Notes: generated by a model from the letters alone, not told the origin. Numbered from the stretch's first letter, positions 1 through 11,800 are shown. The stretch: DNA of 64,000 nt from Candidatus Acetothermia bacterium (GCA_022683945.1 JAJHSH010000051.1:1238-65237), one strand, 5' to 3'. Numbers and translations are program-made.

Positions 1-512
1 GGCAAGACCGCCGCGACGATCCCAAATCCGATGAACGAAACGCTCCCAATCAAGAGCACCAACATCGCGCCGACCAGATTCGCTCTGCTCAAGTCTATCT
101 GAAAGAAGAACGTCACGACACCCAGAATGATGAGCGTTCGCAAGATGCCGTAGCTCACCGAGAAGAGCGTCGTGCCGATCATGTGCGTAGGACGTGCGAC
201 AGGAGCCATGAACGTATACTCAATTGTCCCCTCCCAGCGCTCCCAAGCGATCATCTCGCTGATCGAGTCGAAAACGACAGAAAGATAAGACCAGATCAGC
301 GTCCCAACCAAGAGGTAGAGTATCAAGTATTGGGTATTCATCGGTTGGCCGCTGATCTTTTCCATGCCCGCGCCGATGAACGTAATCGCTAAAGAGTTGA
401 CAATCGAGTATGTGATCCAGACGACCTCCCAGCCCCAGTATCGCTTTACCATGTTCCAATTGCGCTCGACGAACGCATACGTCGCTCGCAGTTCGCGTCT
501 CCAGAAGCTCAT
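1..512 (-). CDS. ABC-2 family transporter permease (truncated by window start; N-terminus at 512)
   Basis: Manual minus-strand translation gives MSFWRRELRATYAFVERNWNMVKRYWGWEVVWITYSIVNSLAITFIGAGMEKISGQP..., with several hydrophobic TM segments. ATG at 512..510, directly downstream of the ATPase gene. The gene runs off the window start. Confidence 0.7.
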   Translation of the reverse strand, partial: MSFWRRELRATYAFVERNWNMVKRYWGWEVVWITYSIVNSLAITFIGAGMEKISGQPMNTQYLILYLLVGTLIWSYLSVVFDSISEMIAWERWEGTIEYTFMAPVARPTHMIGTTLFSVSYGILRTLIILGVVTFFFQIDLSRANLVGAMLVLLIGSVSFIGFGIVAAVL

Positions 513-570
513 GAGATTCTCCTTTGTGATCTCTCCCCTAACCCCTTCCCTTTAGGGAAGGGGCAAGGGG

Positions 571-1389
571 TTAGGTCTCAGAAACCAAATCTTCTTCGGT
601 GACGAGCTGCTTGCCCGTCAGCTCCATAAAAACGTCCTCCAGCGTCGGGTTGGGAACGCGATCCTGTATTAAATTCTTCAAACCCTGCGACGTGTCCTCG
701 GCAATAATCTTGCCGTTGTCTATGATCGCCACACGATTGCAGAGCTTATCGGCTTCGTCCATGTCATGAGTCGTCAAAAGCACAGTAGCATCGTGATCTT
801 CTCTCACTTCGAGGACGAACTCTTGGACTTCGCGCTTCGAGCGTGGGTCAAGTCCCGTGGTCGGCTCGTCCAAGAGTAACAGAATAGGCGAGTTGAGAAA
901 CGCCCGCGCGATAGCGACTTTCTGTTGCATCCCCCGCGACATGTGCTCCAACGGCTGATGAAGCTCTTTGATCCCCAAGCGCTCCAAGATCTCACGGATT
1001 CTCTTGCGCGCGGTCGCGCCGTCCATCCCGTAGAGACGCGCCGCGTAGAGCAGATTCTCCATCGCGGAGAGCTTCTTGAAGAATGCCGCATCTACGGAGA
1101 CGCGATTGATTAGGCGCTTGACGGTCTTCTCATCGCGCTGAAGGTCATGTCCGAATATCTCGATCCGTCCGGCATCGGGGATCAGCAGAGTGGCCAGACA
1201 ACGAATCAGCGTGCTCTTGCCGGACCCGTTAGGGCCGAGAATCCCGTAGATTTCGCCGCGCTTGACTTGAAAACTGACATCGCTGACGGCACAAACTTTT
1301 CCGTTGCGCCGGCGCAGGCGCTTGAGCCACGGCTCTTCGCTGGCGAAGGACTTGCCGACATGTTGCACGTTGAGCGCCAGATGATGCAT
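571..1389 (-). CDS. ABC transporter ATP-binding protein (ABC-2/CcmA-like)
   Basis: Walker [13 protein letters not shown] signature LSGGMQQK, Walker B LLLLDEPTTGLD. 272 aa. Sits upstream of the ABC-2 permease. Confidence 0.9.
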   Translation of the reverse strand: MHHLALNVQHVGKSFASEEPWLKRLRRRNGKVCAVSDVSFQVKRGEIYGILGPNGSGKSTLIRCLATLLIPDAGRIEIFGHDLQRDEKTVKRLINRVSVDAAFFKKLSAMENLLYAARLYGMDGATARKRIREILERLGIKELHQPLEHMSRGMQQKVAIARAFLNSPILLLLDEPTTGLDPRSKREVQEFVLEVREDHDATVLLTTHDMDEADKLCNRVAIIDNGKIIAEDTSQGLKNLIQDRVPNPTLEDVFMELTGKQLVTEEDLVSET

Positions 1390-1678
1390 AGCAAAGCTCC
1401 TTTGAAGAACAATAGAATAAAAGCTAAACGCTCGATGGCGAGCCGACTAGAAAGAGAATAAGAGCACGCGCCCAGGGTGGTGACCGGGCAACTGCTGGAA
1501 TGTCCCACCGACTAGACGCTACTTAGTGCTCTAGTCGCATGCGAGAAAAGAGAGTCTTCATCATAAGAGACCACCACGCGGATCTGTCTATGACAAAACG
1601 CGCAGGTGCGTTATTGTAGTCGAAGATGGGGAGGCTGTCAAATGAGCGTCTGTTTGTTGATTTGCTATGTTCAACTAA

Positions 1679-2635
<957 letters not shown>

Positions 2636-2640
2636 GTTTT

Positions 2641-3102
2641 ATGGCCGAAGAGCTGAAAGTCTCCAAAATTAAGAACGGCACGGTGATTGATCACATCACG
2701 GCGGGGATGGCTCCCAGCGTTCTGCGCATCTTAGGCATCCATACGGGATCTTCAGATACGGTCATCGTGGCTATGAACGTGAAGAGCGCTCAGATCGGCC
2801 TGAAAGACATGGTCAAGGTGGAGAACCGCGTCCTGGCCCAAGCAGCGGTGAGGAAGATCGCGCTCGTTGCTCCTCAAGCAACCGTCAATATCATCAGAGA
2901 CTACAAAGTCGCCCAGAAGCTCAAAGTAGAACTGCCCACCGAGCTGATCGGGATCGTGCGTTGCCCCAATCGCAACTGCATCACCAACAGTAGTGAGCGT
3001 GTCTCTTCGTATTTCGCTGTGGAGAGCAAAGACCCGCTGGCGTTGCGCTGTCACTACTGTGAAGCGTTGGTAGATGGGACTTCTGTGGACATTCTTCTCT
3101 GA
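2641..3102 (+). CDS. pyrI: aspartate carbamoyltransferase regulatory subunit
   Basis: MAEELKVSKIKNGTVIDHI... with C-terminal Zn site CPNRNCITN...CHYCE. ATG at 2641 (the ORF track's start at 2632 is a GTG overlapping the pyrB stop). Confidence 0.9.
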   Translation: MAEELKVSKIKNGTVIDHITAGMAPSVLRILGIHTGSSDTVIVAMNVKSAQIGLKDMVKVENRVLAQAAVRKIALVAPQATVNIIRDYKVAQKLKVELPTELIGIVRCPNRNCITNSSERVSSYFAVESKDPLALRCHYCEALVDGTSVDILL

Positions 3103-3105
3103 AAA

Positions 3106-3669
3106 ATGCGTCTCTTTTATTGTTTGGAGCTGCTCCCCGGAGTGCGAGAGTCTCTCTATCGCGTGGGCGAGCCTTTGCGGCGCGTAGAGGCTCGTGTCGC
3201 TTGGGTGCGTGCAGAAAATCTTCATGTCACTATGAGATTTCTCGGCGAAGTGGAGCCAGAAAAGCTTGAGCAGTTGCGCACTGTGGGAGCAGAGTGCGCT
3301 CAGAGGGCCTCTCCGTTTGAGTTGTGCTTTAATCAATTGGGGGCCTTCCCCAACTGGGGACGACCGCGCGTTCTGTGGGTTGGCTGTCGCTCTCCTTCAG
3401 AGATGGTCTTTCGCTTGCAGCGCGATTTGGAAGCTGCGTTGCAAGCGCGGGGCTTTGCGCCAGAAGATCGCTTCACACCCCATCTCACCCTTGGTCGGAA
3501 CAAAGACGATTCGACTGCTGCTCTGAAGCGATTGGCAGAATCTGCACAAAAGATCAAGCCGTTTGAATATTGCACAAAAATCTCGGTGCTGACGCTCATG
3601 GAAAGCCGACTGACTTCTCAAGGCGCGATCTATATGCCCGTGAGCCACTTCGCTTTTCGGGCTGCTTGA
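3106..3669 (+). CDS. thpR: RNA 2',3'-cyclic phosphodiesterase (2H phosphoesterase, ThpR/LigT family)
   Basis: Two H-x-T/S-x motifs (HVTMRFLG and HLTLGR) at the expected spacing. About 187 aa. N-terminus MRLFYCLEL typical of LigT. Confidence 0.8.
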   Translation: MRLFYCLELLPGVRESLYRVGEPLRRVEARVAWVRAENLHVTMRFLGEVEPEKLEQLRTVGAECAQRASPFELCFNQLGAFPNWGRPRVLWVGCRSPSEMVFRLQRDLEAALQARGFAPEDRFTPHLTLGRNKDDSTAALKRLAESAQKIKPFEYCTKISVLTLMESRLTSQGAIYMPVSHFAFRAA

Positions 3670-3679
3670 ATTTTCTGTT

Positions 3680-4102
3680 ATGGGCTACGAGTATTTTGAA
3701 GTGACCGCTGAAGTGGGGATTCGCGCCTGGGGAAAGACGTTAGAAGAGAGTTTTTCAGAAGCGGCCCGCGCGCTCTTCGAGCTGATGGTGGACACGTCTG
3801 CAGTGCGTCCACAGAGCACTATAACCGTCGAGCTGAGCGCAGAATCGCTCGATCTGTTGTTGGCCGACTGGCTCAACAGACTCATACTGGAGCGCGACCG
3901 CACGGGCTGCGTCTTCTCAGAGTTTCACGTCGCTATCGCTCCGCAAGGGCAGGGCTTCTCGCTGCGGGGAGAGATTCGCGGTGAACCCTTGGATCGGGCG
4001 CGGCACGACCCGCGCATAGACGTCAAAGCCGTGACGTATAATAATCTGCATGTGCTCCAGCAGCCGGAGGGAGTGCAGGTCAAGTGCGTGCTGGATATTT
4101 GA
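3680..4102 (+). CDS. archease (RtcB activator family)
   Basis: 140 aa. MGYEYFEVTAEVGIRAWGKTLEESF... matches the conserved archease N-terminus (Y-E/H-F-D/E-hT-A-D-hG). Confidence 0.8.
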   Translation: MGYEYFEVTAEVGIRAWGKTLEESFSEAARALFELMVDTSAVRPQSTITVELSAESLDLLLADWLNRLILERDRTGCVFSEFHVAIAPQGQGFSLRGEIRGEPLDRARHDPRIDVKAVTYNNLHVLQQPEGVQVKCVLDI

Positions 4103-4158
4103 CGAGATTTTGCTCTATACTGGGCGAGATAATTGGGAAGAATCTAAGGAGCTAGGTT

Positions 4159-5232
4159 ATGGCGAATCAACCTAAGAGATCTCGGCTCCCTCAGCCGCCT
4201 GTTTCGGTAAGCGCTCGCGAGCTGCCCGCTGATTATGTGAGCTTACTGACCGAACTCAAGCGCCGCATTCGAGAGGGGCGCCTGCGGGTGGTGATGTCCG
4301 CTAATGCTGCAATGGTGCTGCTCTACTGGGACATTGGGCGAGCTATTCTGGAACGGCAACAGAAGGAAGGTTGGGGCACCAAAGTCATTGATCGGCTCTC
4401 GTCAGATCTGCGCCGAGAGTTTCCAGATATGCAGGGGCTTTCACCACGCAACCTCAAGTATATGCGGGCCTTGGCTGTTGCTTGGCCTGATCGTCAGATT
4501 GTGCAGCAAGTTGCTGCACAAATCCCTTGGTTTCATAACTGTATTTTGCTCGATAAAATTAACGCCCCTGACGCTCGTCTCTGGTACGCACGCAAGGCGC
4601 GCGAAGAAGGCTGGAGCCGCAATGTGCTCGTGTTGCAGATCGAACGCCGTCTCTACGAACGGCAAGGCAAAGCCATCACGAACTTTCCCGCGACGTTGCC
4701 GCCTGCCGATTCCGACATGGCGGCGCAGGTCTTCAAAGATCCCTATCTGTTTGATTTTCTCGGCACAGCCGACCCCCGTCGCGAGCGCGAGATAGAGCAA
4801 GCGCTCGTGGATCATATCCAGCGCTTCTTGCTAGAGCTTGGGGCGGGTTTCGCCTTTGTCGGGCGTCAGGTGCCTCTAGAAGTCGGCGACCGCGATTTCT
4901 CTGTGGATTTGCTCTTCTACCATCTCAAATTGCGCTGTTTTGTGGTGGTCGAGCTGAAAGCAGGGCCGTTTGATCCCGCGTATGTCGGACAGATGAACGT
5001 GTATCTTTCAGCGGTGGACGACTTACTGCGCCACTCTGACGACAAGCCGACAATTGGACTATTGCTTTGCAAAGGCAAAGATCAACTGGTGGTAGAATAT
5101 GCCTTGCGCGATGTGCATAAGCCTATCGGGGTAGCCGATTGGAAGACCCGCTTGGTGCAGACGCTGCCTGACGAACTCAAAGGGAGTTTGCCGACGATAG
5201 AAGAATTGGAAGCTGAATTGCAGCAGCTATAG
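4159..5232 (+). CDS. YhcG-like PDDEXK nuclease (DUF1016 family)
   Basis: N-terminal DUF1016-like region (LLYWDIGRAILERQ...). C-terminal PD-(D/E)xK core (DLLFYH...FVVVELK). Good SD AAGGAG before the ATG. Confidence 0.75.
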   Translation: MANQPKRSRLPQPPVSVSARELPADYVSLLTELKRRIREGRLRVVMSANAAMVLLYWDIGRAILERQQKEGWGTKVIDRLSSDLRREFPDMQGLSPRNLKYMRALAVAWPDRQIVQQVAAQIPWFHNCILLDKINAPDARLWYARKAREEGWSRNVLVLQIERRLYERQGKAITNFPATLPPADSDMAAQVFKDPYLFDFLGTADPRREREIEQALVDHIQRFLLELGAGFAFVGRQVPLEVGDRDFSVDLLFYHLKLRCFVVVELKAGPFDPAYVGQMNVYLSAVDDLLRHSDDKPTIGLLLCKGKDQLVVEYALRDVHKPIGVADWKTRLVQTLPDELKGSLPTIEELEAELQQL

Positions 5233-5303
5233 GGAAGCGTTGCACTTAACTTCGCTAGCGCTTTGCGCTATAATAGCAGCACCGTGAAGAGGGGGGAATC
5301 ACC

Positions 5304-6371
5304 ATGTGCAACCCCAACAAACGTCGTAGGGTGCTCGGAACGATCAAATGGGGTTTTACTGTTGGATTGGCACTCTGGATCGGACAGGCATTCGTAGTGC
5401 CGGGACAGACAGCATTGCAATTGGAAATCAGCGCGACCTGCGAGAACGCTTTGTTATCGGTCAACGGCAGGCTCTATTCGGGACGTCCCTTCACGCTCTC
5501 GGTGCCCCTCGGAAGCACAGTCACATTGGAAAATCTCAGCAACCAACTGAACAACTGCGGCACACAAGCCGTGCTTCACTATTTTGATCGCTGGGAGATC
5601 AATGGAGAACCCTACTCCAAAGCGCTGCGCCCGCTGCGCCTGCGCGCGGGTCAGCCACCGTTTATGGGCAACTCGCGCGTTCAGCTCGTCTTCAGATCTC
5701 AAACGGCTACTCTGTGCGACGTCGCTATCAGCGCCCAAGACGCTTCGGGGAATTTTCTGAGCGGGGCCTTTGTCGAAGTGCGTCCGCTGGACATCGCCGG
5801 AGACGGCGACGGGGTCACGCCCTTCGTGCGCACCTTCGATGACCTCACGCACGTGATCCTGCGCGCCAGCCATCAGTTCTCCCAAGGCGCACTGAACTAC
5901 CAATTTGCCCGTTGGCAGGTAGAGGGCGGCCAACTGCTGCCTACGTTCACCGCCGATCCGACAGTGTTAAGAGTGCGTTGCAGTCCACCTCGTACTTTCG
6001 TGCGCGTCATCTACGAGTTGCGCGCCGCTACGCTGAGCTGCCCAGACTTGACTCTCTATCGCTTGGAGTTCTCTTTCACTAACTTGGGTCCCAATGCGTG
6101 GCTCTTCAGCCCGATTGCTGTGGTCAAGAACATCGGGGCTACGCAAGTGAGCGTGCCTTCTATCACGAGCTTTTTGCTCAATGGACGCCCCATCGCAGAG
6201 GTGACGACCGCGCCGCTGCCTCCGGATGCGACCCAACAAGCGAGCACAACATTGCTCTTGCCCGATGGAAATTATCTCGTCACGGCGATCGCCGACAGCA
6301 AGAACCAAGTCGCCGAGTGCAACGAAGATAATAATATCAGAGAGATCTTCGTGCGGCTGCCGCCGAATTAG
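5304..6371 (+). CDS. secreted hypothetical protein with C-terminal CARDB-like domain
   Basis: N-terminal signal peptide. The C-terminal ~100 aa resemble a CARDB/Ig-like adhesion fold (YRLEFSFTNLGPNAW...NYLVTAIADSKNQVAECNEDNN). SD GAGGGGGGAATCACC then ATG. Confidence 0.55.
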   Translation: MCNPNKRRRVLGTIKWGFTVGLALWIGQAFVVPGQTALQLEISATCENALLSVNGRLYSGRPFTLSVPLGSTVTLENLSNQLNNCGTQAVLHYFDRWEINGEPYSKALRPLRLRAGQPPFMGNSRVQLVFRSQTATLCDVAISAQDASGNFLSGAFVEVRPLDIAGDGDGVTPFVRTFDDLTHVILRASHQFSQGALNYQFARWQVEGGQLLPTFTADPTVLRVRCSPPRTFVRVIYELRAATLSCPDLTLYRLEFSFTNLGPNAWLFSPIAVVKNIGATQVSVPSITSFLLNGRPIAEVTTAPLPPDATQQASTTLLLPDGNYLVTAIADSKNQVAECNEDNNIREIFVRLPPN

Positions 6372-7500
6372 CGCCCCTGCTGAGATTCACAGCGACCCCG
6401 GCTCTTTGCAAGATCTTCTCTAGCGCTAAGACGACGGGGAGCATGGCCTCGTGAGTGGCCGTCGGCCCCATGTGTCCGATGCGCACGATCTGTCCCGCGA
6501 GGCGCTCCAGCCCACCGCTCACTAAGATTTGGTGCTCCTCTTTCAAGGCGCGCACGATAGCGCTTGCCGCCAATTGTGGATGCCCTCTGATCGCAGTGAC
6601 GGTGTTCATCGCTTCACCCTCATCTGCGACAAAGGGCTCCAAGCCCAGCTGAAGCAACGCCTGCCGCAGTGCGTGCGCTACTTCACTGTGGCGCGCAATG
6701 CACTTCTGTAGCCCCTCGTCTAAAATCCCTTTCATAGTGCGACGTAAGGCGCTCACCAGGCCGGTGGGCATCGTCACGGGATGGGGATGCCAGCTCCCCC
6801 ACTCGCGCGCGAACTCCTTCCAGGTGCGAAGATTGATATACCAGCCCGGTATGCGTCCCCGCTCGATCAGCGCCCACGCCTCTGGACTGATCGCTATGGG
6901 CGCCAGCCCGGGGGGACAGCCCAGACACTTCTGAGTGGCGCTCACGCCAATACCAAGCCCCCAATCGTCAAACGCGATCTCCGTTCCCCCCAACGTCGCT
7001 ACCGTGTCCACAACTGTGATCGCTTCAAATCTCTTACAGATCGAGCCGATCTCTCTCAGGGGGTTGAGCACTCCCGTTGAGGTCTCGCCATGCACCATGA
7101 CGACAACGCGAATGGCGCGGTCGCGCTTGAGCGCTTGTTCTACGGCGTCGGGATCGAGCGCTCGCCCCCATTCCCCTTCTAAGATCGCCAGAGGCACGCC
7201 ATAAGATTGAGCCATTCGCACCCAACGATCTCCAAAGAACCCGTTGGTGAGAATCAAAAATTTACGCTCTTCCCCAGAGAGACTGGCGATCGCCGCTTCC
7301 AGGCCCACCGAGCCGGGACCGGGCATGAGAAATGCCGTTCCGCGTTCGGTCCTCCAGACTCTCTTTGAGAGCTCCAGCGTCTCGTTATAGAGCTCTACCC
7401 ACTCCGGCCCGTAGTGGGCCCTGAGAGGGGCCCCCATCTCGGACAGCGTCTCGGATTCGATCTCCACCGGTCCGGGAATGCGCAAGCGATAGCGTTTCAT
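6337..7500 (-). CDS. class V aminotransferase (alanine-glyoxylate / serine-pyruvate aminotransferase family)
   Basis: PLP fold-type I, class V. MKRYRLRIPGPVEIESE..., SATQK lysine motif. Start moved to the ATG at 7500, preceded by AAGGAGG; the track's upstream ATG at 7530 has no SD. The 3' end overlaps the CARDB gene convergently by 35 nt. Confidence 0.85.
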   Translation of the reverse strand: MKRYRLRIPGPVEIESETLSEMGAPLRAHYGPEWVELYNETLELSKRVWRTERGTAFLMPGPGSVGLEAAIASLSGEERKFLILTNGFFGDRWVRMAQSYGVPLAILEGEWGRALDPDAVEQALKRDRAIRVVVMVHGETSTGVLNPLREIGSICKRFEAITVVDTVATLGGTEIAFDDWGLGIGVSATQKCLGCPPGLAPIAISPEAWALIERGRIPGWYINLRTWKEFAREWGSWHPHPVTMPTGLVSALRRTMKGILDEGLQKCIARHSEVAHALRQALLQLGLEPFVADEGEAMNTVTAIRGHPQLAASAIVRALKEEHQILVSGGLERLAGQIVRIGHMGPTATHEAMLPVVLALEKILQRAGVAVNLSRGANSAAAARRSL

Positions 7501-7558
7501 AGTCCTCCTTCTCTTTTTCCGTAGGGGCACGGCATGTCGTGCCCCAAATATAAATTGC

Positions 7559-8866
7559 TCAGCGAAAGATCTCCGGGGCGCACCGGCGAATCGCTTGGGC
7601 CAAGCGCTTGGGATCGTGCTTCAGCGTCTTGCCGATGCTGCTGGAGTGCCATCTCCACAGGGGCACGATCTCCAAGAGCGGGGCGCGCATAATAGAGAGC
7701 CCCCACTCGTTGCCCTCTCGCAAGTTATCTCTTACGGGATAGGCGCCAACTTCAGCATAGAGCTTCTCTATCTCCTGCGGGACGGGTTCGCTGTTGAGCA
7801 GAACTCTGTGCAATCTCTTCAGATCAAAATACTCTCCCAAAGCGCACAGATGCTCCCGCGCCCCCAGTCCGTCGGTCTCGCCCGGTTGGGTCATCAGATT
7901 TATAATATAAATCTTCAGGGCCGGCGAGCGCTCGACGGCCTGACGGATCTCTTGTACTAATAGATTGGGAATCACGCTCGTAAAGAGGCTGCCGGGCCCC
8001 AGAACAATCAGATCGGCTTGGGCGATCTCTTCTAATACTTTGGGATAGGCCGTGACCGGGCTGCGCGAGAGCCGGATCTGGCGAATGCGCCCGCCGGCTT
8101 CGGCGATGCGACTCTCTCCGCAGATCACTCGGCCATCCTCCAGCTCGGCGACTAATTCGACGTGCTCCAGCGTCGCGGGCAAGACCTGACCGCGCGTCTT
8201 CAAGAGCAAGCTCATCTCTTCGATCGCTTTGTCGAAGCTCCCTGTCATCTCTTGGAGTCCCGCGATGACCAAATTTCCCAACGAATGCCCGGCCAAGTCT
8301 CCGCGCTCAAAACGATGATTAAAAAGCTGAGAGATGCGAGATTCGTCTTCGGCTAAAGCAATAAGACAGTTGCGAATGTCTCCGGGGGGAAGCATCTGAA
8401 GCTCTTGGCGCAGGCGGCCGGAGCTGCCGCCGTCGTCCATCACCGTGACGACCGCTGTCATATTGCGCGTCAGCTCTTTAAGACCTCGCAGGAGCGCCGA
8501 GAGGCCCGTACCCCCTCCCAAAGCAACCACGCGCGGGCCACGCTTTAATAAATAGTTCTCGTAGAGCATCTGTCCGACGCGGCCCTCCGCTGGAGCAGCA
8601 ATGACGCGCACGACCGCACGACCAATCTGATGAACACCCACAGCGATCGCTCCAATGCCAATTCCCGTCAGCCCCAGCGCCAGCAGATACGTTGAAAGCT
8701 CCGTAGGCGCCAACACTTTATAGATCTCCCGCACGAGGTCTTTGCCCAAGAGCACAAAGAGCCCCAAGATAGCTACACCCAATCCCAATGCGATGAGCGC
8801 CAACCAACGCTTGATCCCAATCCCCGGATGGAACCAGCGCATGACGCTCTTGATATTGGCGCTCAT
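7559..8866 (-). CDS. yvcK: membrane-anchored YvcK/CofD-like gluconeogenesis factor (UPF0052)
   Basis: LGGGTGLSALLRGLK...VVTVMDDGGSSGRLR motifs of YvcK/CofD. About 100 aa of N-terminal extension with 2 TM helices. Confidence 0.8.
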   Translation of the reverse strand: MSANIKSVMRWFHPGIGIKRWLALIALGLGVAILGLFVLLGKDLVREIYKVLAPTELSTYLLALGLTGIGIGAIAVGVHQIGRAVVRVIAAPAEGRVGQMLYENYLLKRGPRVVALGGGTGLSALLRGLKELTRNMTAVVTVMDDGGSSGRLRQELQMLPPGDIRNCLIALAEDESRISQLFNHRFERGDLAGHSLGNLVIAGLQEMTGSFDKAIEEMSLLLKTRGQVLPATLEHVELVAELEDGRVICGESRIAEAGGRIRQIRLSRSPVTAYPKVLEEIAQADLIVLGPGSLFTSVIPNLLVQEIRQAVERSPALKIYIINLMTQPGETDGLGAREHLCALGEYFDLKRLHRVLLNSEPVPQEIEKLYAEVGAYPVRDNLREGNEWGLSIMRAPLLEIVPLWRWHSSSIGKTLKHDPKRLAQAIRRCAPEIFR

Positions 8867-11800
8867 CGTTCCCTCCCCATGGCTAACTTACGCACCAGAC
8901 GCTGAATCCGCCCCGGATCCCCCAAGACCGTCTCCAAGCGTCGCAGCAGCGCGGACGTGATACCTACGGATTGCTTGAGTTTGAGCGTTACAGGCTCTTC
9001 ACCGCAGAGATGCACATAGACGCTCGACATCCCCGGAGAGCTCGCCAAGATCTCTTTGAGGCGCTGGAGCAGAGACGCTTCAATCTGCTCGATCTCCAGG
9101 CGCAGGTGCAGCTCGACGGCTCTCTCGGCTTCGGCCAGCAATAACACCTCTTCGCCGATCACTTTGGCTCCGTTGGATCGCTCACTCCGTTGTTCCAAGC
9201 GCCCGCGCACCCAGATGATCTCTTCTTCACGCAAAAACTTCTTGGCCCGCTCAAACGCCTCCGGGAAGAGCGTGATCTCTGCCTGCCCAGATAGGTCTTC
9301 GATTTTAACAAAAGCCATGCGCTTGCCCGTCTGGGTATTAATAATACGCACGGCTTCGATGCGGCCTCCCACGTGCAGCTCTTGGCCCTCGGGGATCTCT
9401 TTGAGCTGTTGGAGGGCGCAGGAGCGCAAGAGGGCCAACCGGCCCTCGTAAGGCTCAAAGGGATGACCGCTGACAAAGAGTCCCAGCAGCTCCTTCTCAA
9501 AGCGCAAGAGCTCCGAGAGGGGAAATTCATCGTGTCCGTTTGCTGGGGGTTCCGAGACAAAAGCCTCGGGACTGCCGAAAAACGAGCGCTGGCGGCTCTT
9601 GCGCTCTTGTTGGGCTTGCGTCGCCAGCGCCAGCCCTTTCTCGGTTTGGTCGAGCAAAAACTTGCGCGTGCCCAAGCGCGCCAGAGCGCCACATTTAATA
9701 AGACTTTCTAAGATCTCTCGATTGAGTTTGTCGCTCTCGACGCGACGACAAAAATCGAGAAAGCTCTTGAACGGTCCTTCGGCTCGACGTGCTTGCAGGA
9801 TCGCTTCTACCGTGCCTTGGCCGACGTTCTTGATGGCACTTAAGCCGAAGCGAATCTGTTGCGCGCTGGGCAACGGCGTGAAATCGGCCTCGCTCTCGTT
9901 GATCTCCGGAGGCAAGACAGAAATCCCCCACTCGCGACACTCTTGAATATATTCAGCGATCTTATCGTTGTTCCCCGAGACGCTCGTCAGCAGCGCCGCC
10001 AGATACAAAACGGGATATTTGGCTTTCAGATAGGCCGTCCAGTAAGAGATCAGCGCATAGGCCGTCGAGTGGGCTTTGACGAAGCCATAGCGTGCGAACT
10101 TTTCTATATCGGCGAACAACTCTTCGGCTTTTTCTTTGGAGATCTGATTTTCTACACAACCCGCGACAAAGCGCGCCCGCATCTTCTCCATCACGTCTTT
10201 TTTCTTCTTGCCTACGGCCATACGCAAAATATCGGCTTCGGCCAGGCTGAAACCGGCCAGTCTTCTTGCCATCAACAGAAGCTGATCCTGATAGATGGGC
10301 AGGCCGTAGGTTTCGCGGAGGACCTCTTCCAGTTCTGGATGGGGATAGACCACTTGCTGGCGTTGGTGCTTGCGCTCGATGTAGTCATTGGCCATGCCGC
10401 TCTCCAGCGGGCCGGGACGATAGAGCGCTAAAATAGCAATCAGATCATTAAATTCTGTGGGCTCTAATCTGTGTAAAAGAGCGGTGACCCCCGAGCTCTC
10501 CAACTGAAAGACTCCGCTGGTGCGTCCCTGTTGAAGAATGCTATAGACCTCCGGGTCATCCAAGGGAATTTGCGATAGATCAAGCTCTTTGCCCGTATGC
10601 CGATGAATAAGCTTCAGGGTATCGGCAATCGCCGTCAAGTTGCGCAGCCCTAAGAAATCTATCTTCAAAAGTCCGATGGTCTCTAGGTCTTTCATATTGT
10701 ACTGCGTGCGCACCGAGCCGTCGCTGATGCGCAGCAGCGGCGCAAACTCTGTGACTTCGCCAGGGGTGATGACCACGCCCGCGGCGTGCGTGGCGGCGTT
10801 GCGCGCCAGCCCTTCCAATTTGCGCGCTGTCTCCAATAATTGGCGCACGTGCGGCTCGCGCTCGTAGCGCTGGCGCAGTTCCGGCACGGTGCTGAGCGCT
10901 TCATCTAAAGTAGATCCGAAGGGGATCGTCTTGGCGATCTTATCGGCCTCGCTGTAAGCGATCTCGGTGACGCGGGCCACGTCGCGCACGACGCTGCGCG
11001 CCTTCATCTTGTCAAATGTTGCTATTTGAGCCACGCGCTCGCACCCGTATTTCTCTTCGACATAGCGAATGACTTCATCGCGACGGCGTACACAGAAGTC
11101 AATGTCAATATCGGGCAGGCTGATGCGATGGGGATTGAGAAAGCGCTCAAAAATCAAGCCGTACTTGAGGGGATCTACGTCGGTGATGCCCAGCGCGTAA
11201 CAGACTAAACTGCCGGCGGCGGAGCCGCGCCCCGGCCCGACGGGGATCTTGCGATCTTTAGCGAATTTGACGAAATCCTGAACAATCAAGAAATATCCCG
11301 AATACCCCATATCGGAGATCACGTTCAGCTCAAAGTCCAAGCGCTCTCTCATAGCTTCGCTCAGCGCGCCGAAGCGCTCCCGTGCGCCGGTGTAGGCCAG
11401 TTCTCTCAAATAACTGTTCAGGTCTTTATAGTGTGTAGGCAGCTCAAAGCGCGGAAGATGCGCTTTGCTGAGATCGAGATCGAGCAAACAGCGCTCGGCG
11501 ATCTGGAGCGTGTTCTCGAGGGCTTCAGGGTGCTCTCTAAACGCCGCGAGCATCTCTTCGCCGCTCTTGAAATAATACTGATCGCCGTCATACGAGCGCC
11601 GGTCTTCGTCGGAGAGCGTCTTCTCGCCCTGTATATTCAATAAGACATCGTGTGCCGAACGATCTTCGCGGGAGATATAGTGAACATCGTTGGTGGCGAC
11701 GATGGGAAGTTCCAGTTCTTGAGCCAGTGCGATCAATTGAGCGTTGCGCGCTTGCTCTTCCGGTTGTCCGTGATTCTGCACTTCAACATAGAAATTCTCT

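Noticed and set aside
9159-9692. Long antisense or alternative-frame ORFs inside genes. Examples include 9159..9692, 21751..22368, 24125..24721, 56794..57328 and 13116..13562.
   Set aside because: They have Arg/Ser/Ala/Pro-rich compositions typical of spurious ORFs in high-GC DNA. All lie wholly inside well-supported genes on the other strand or frame.
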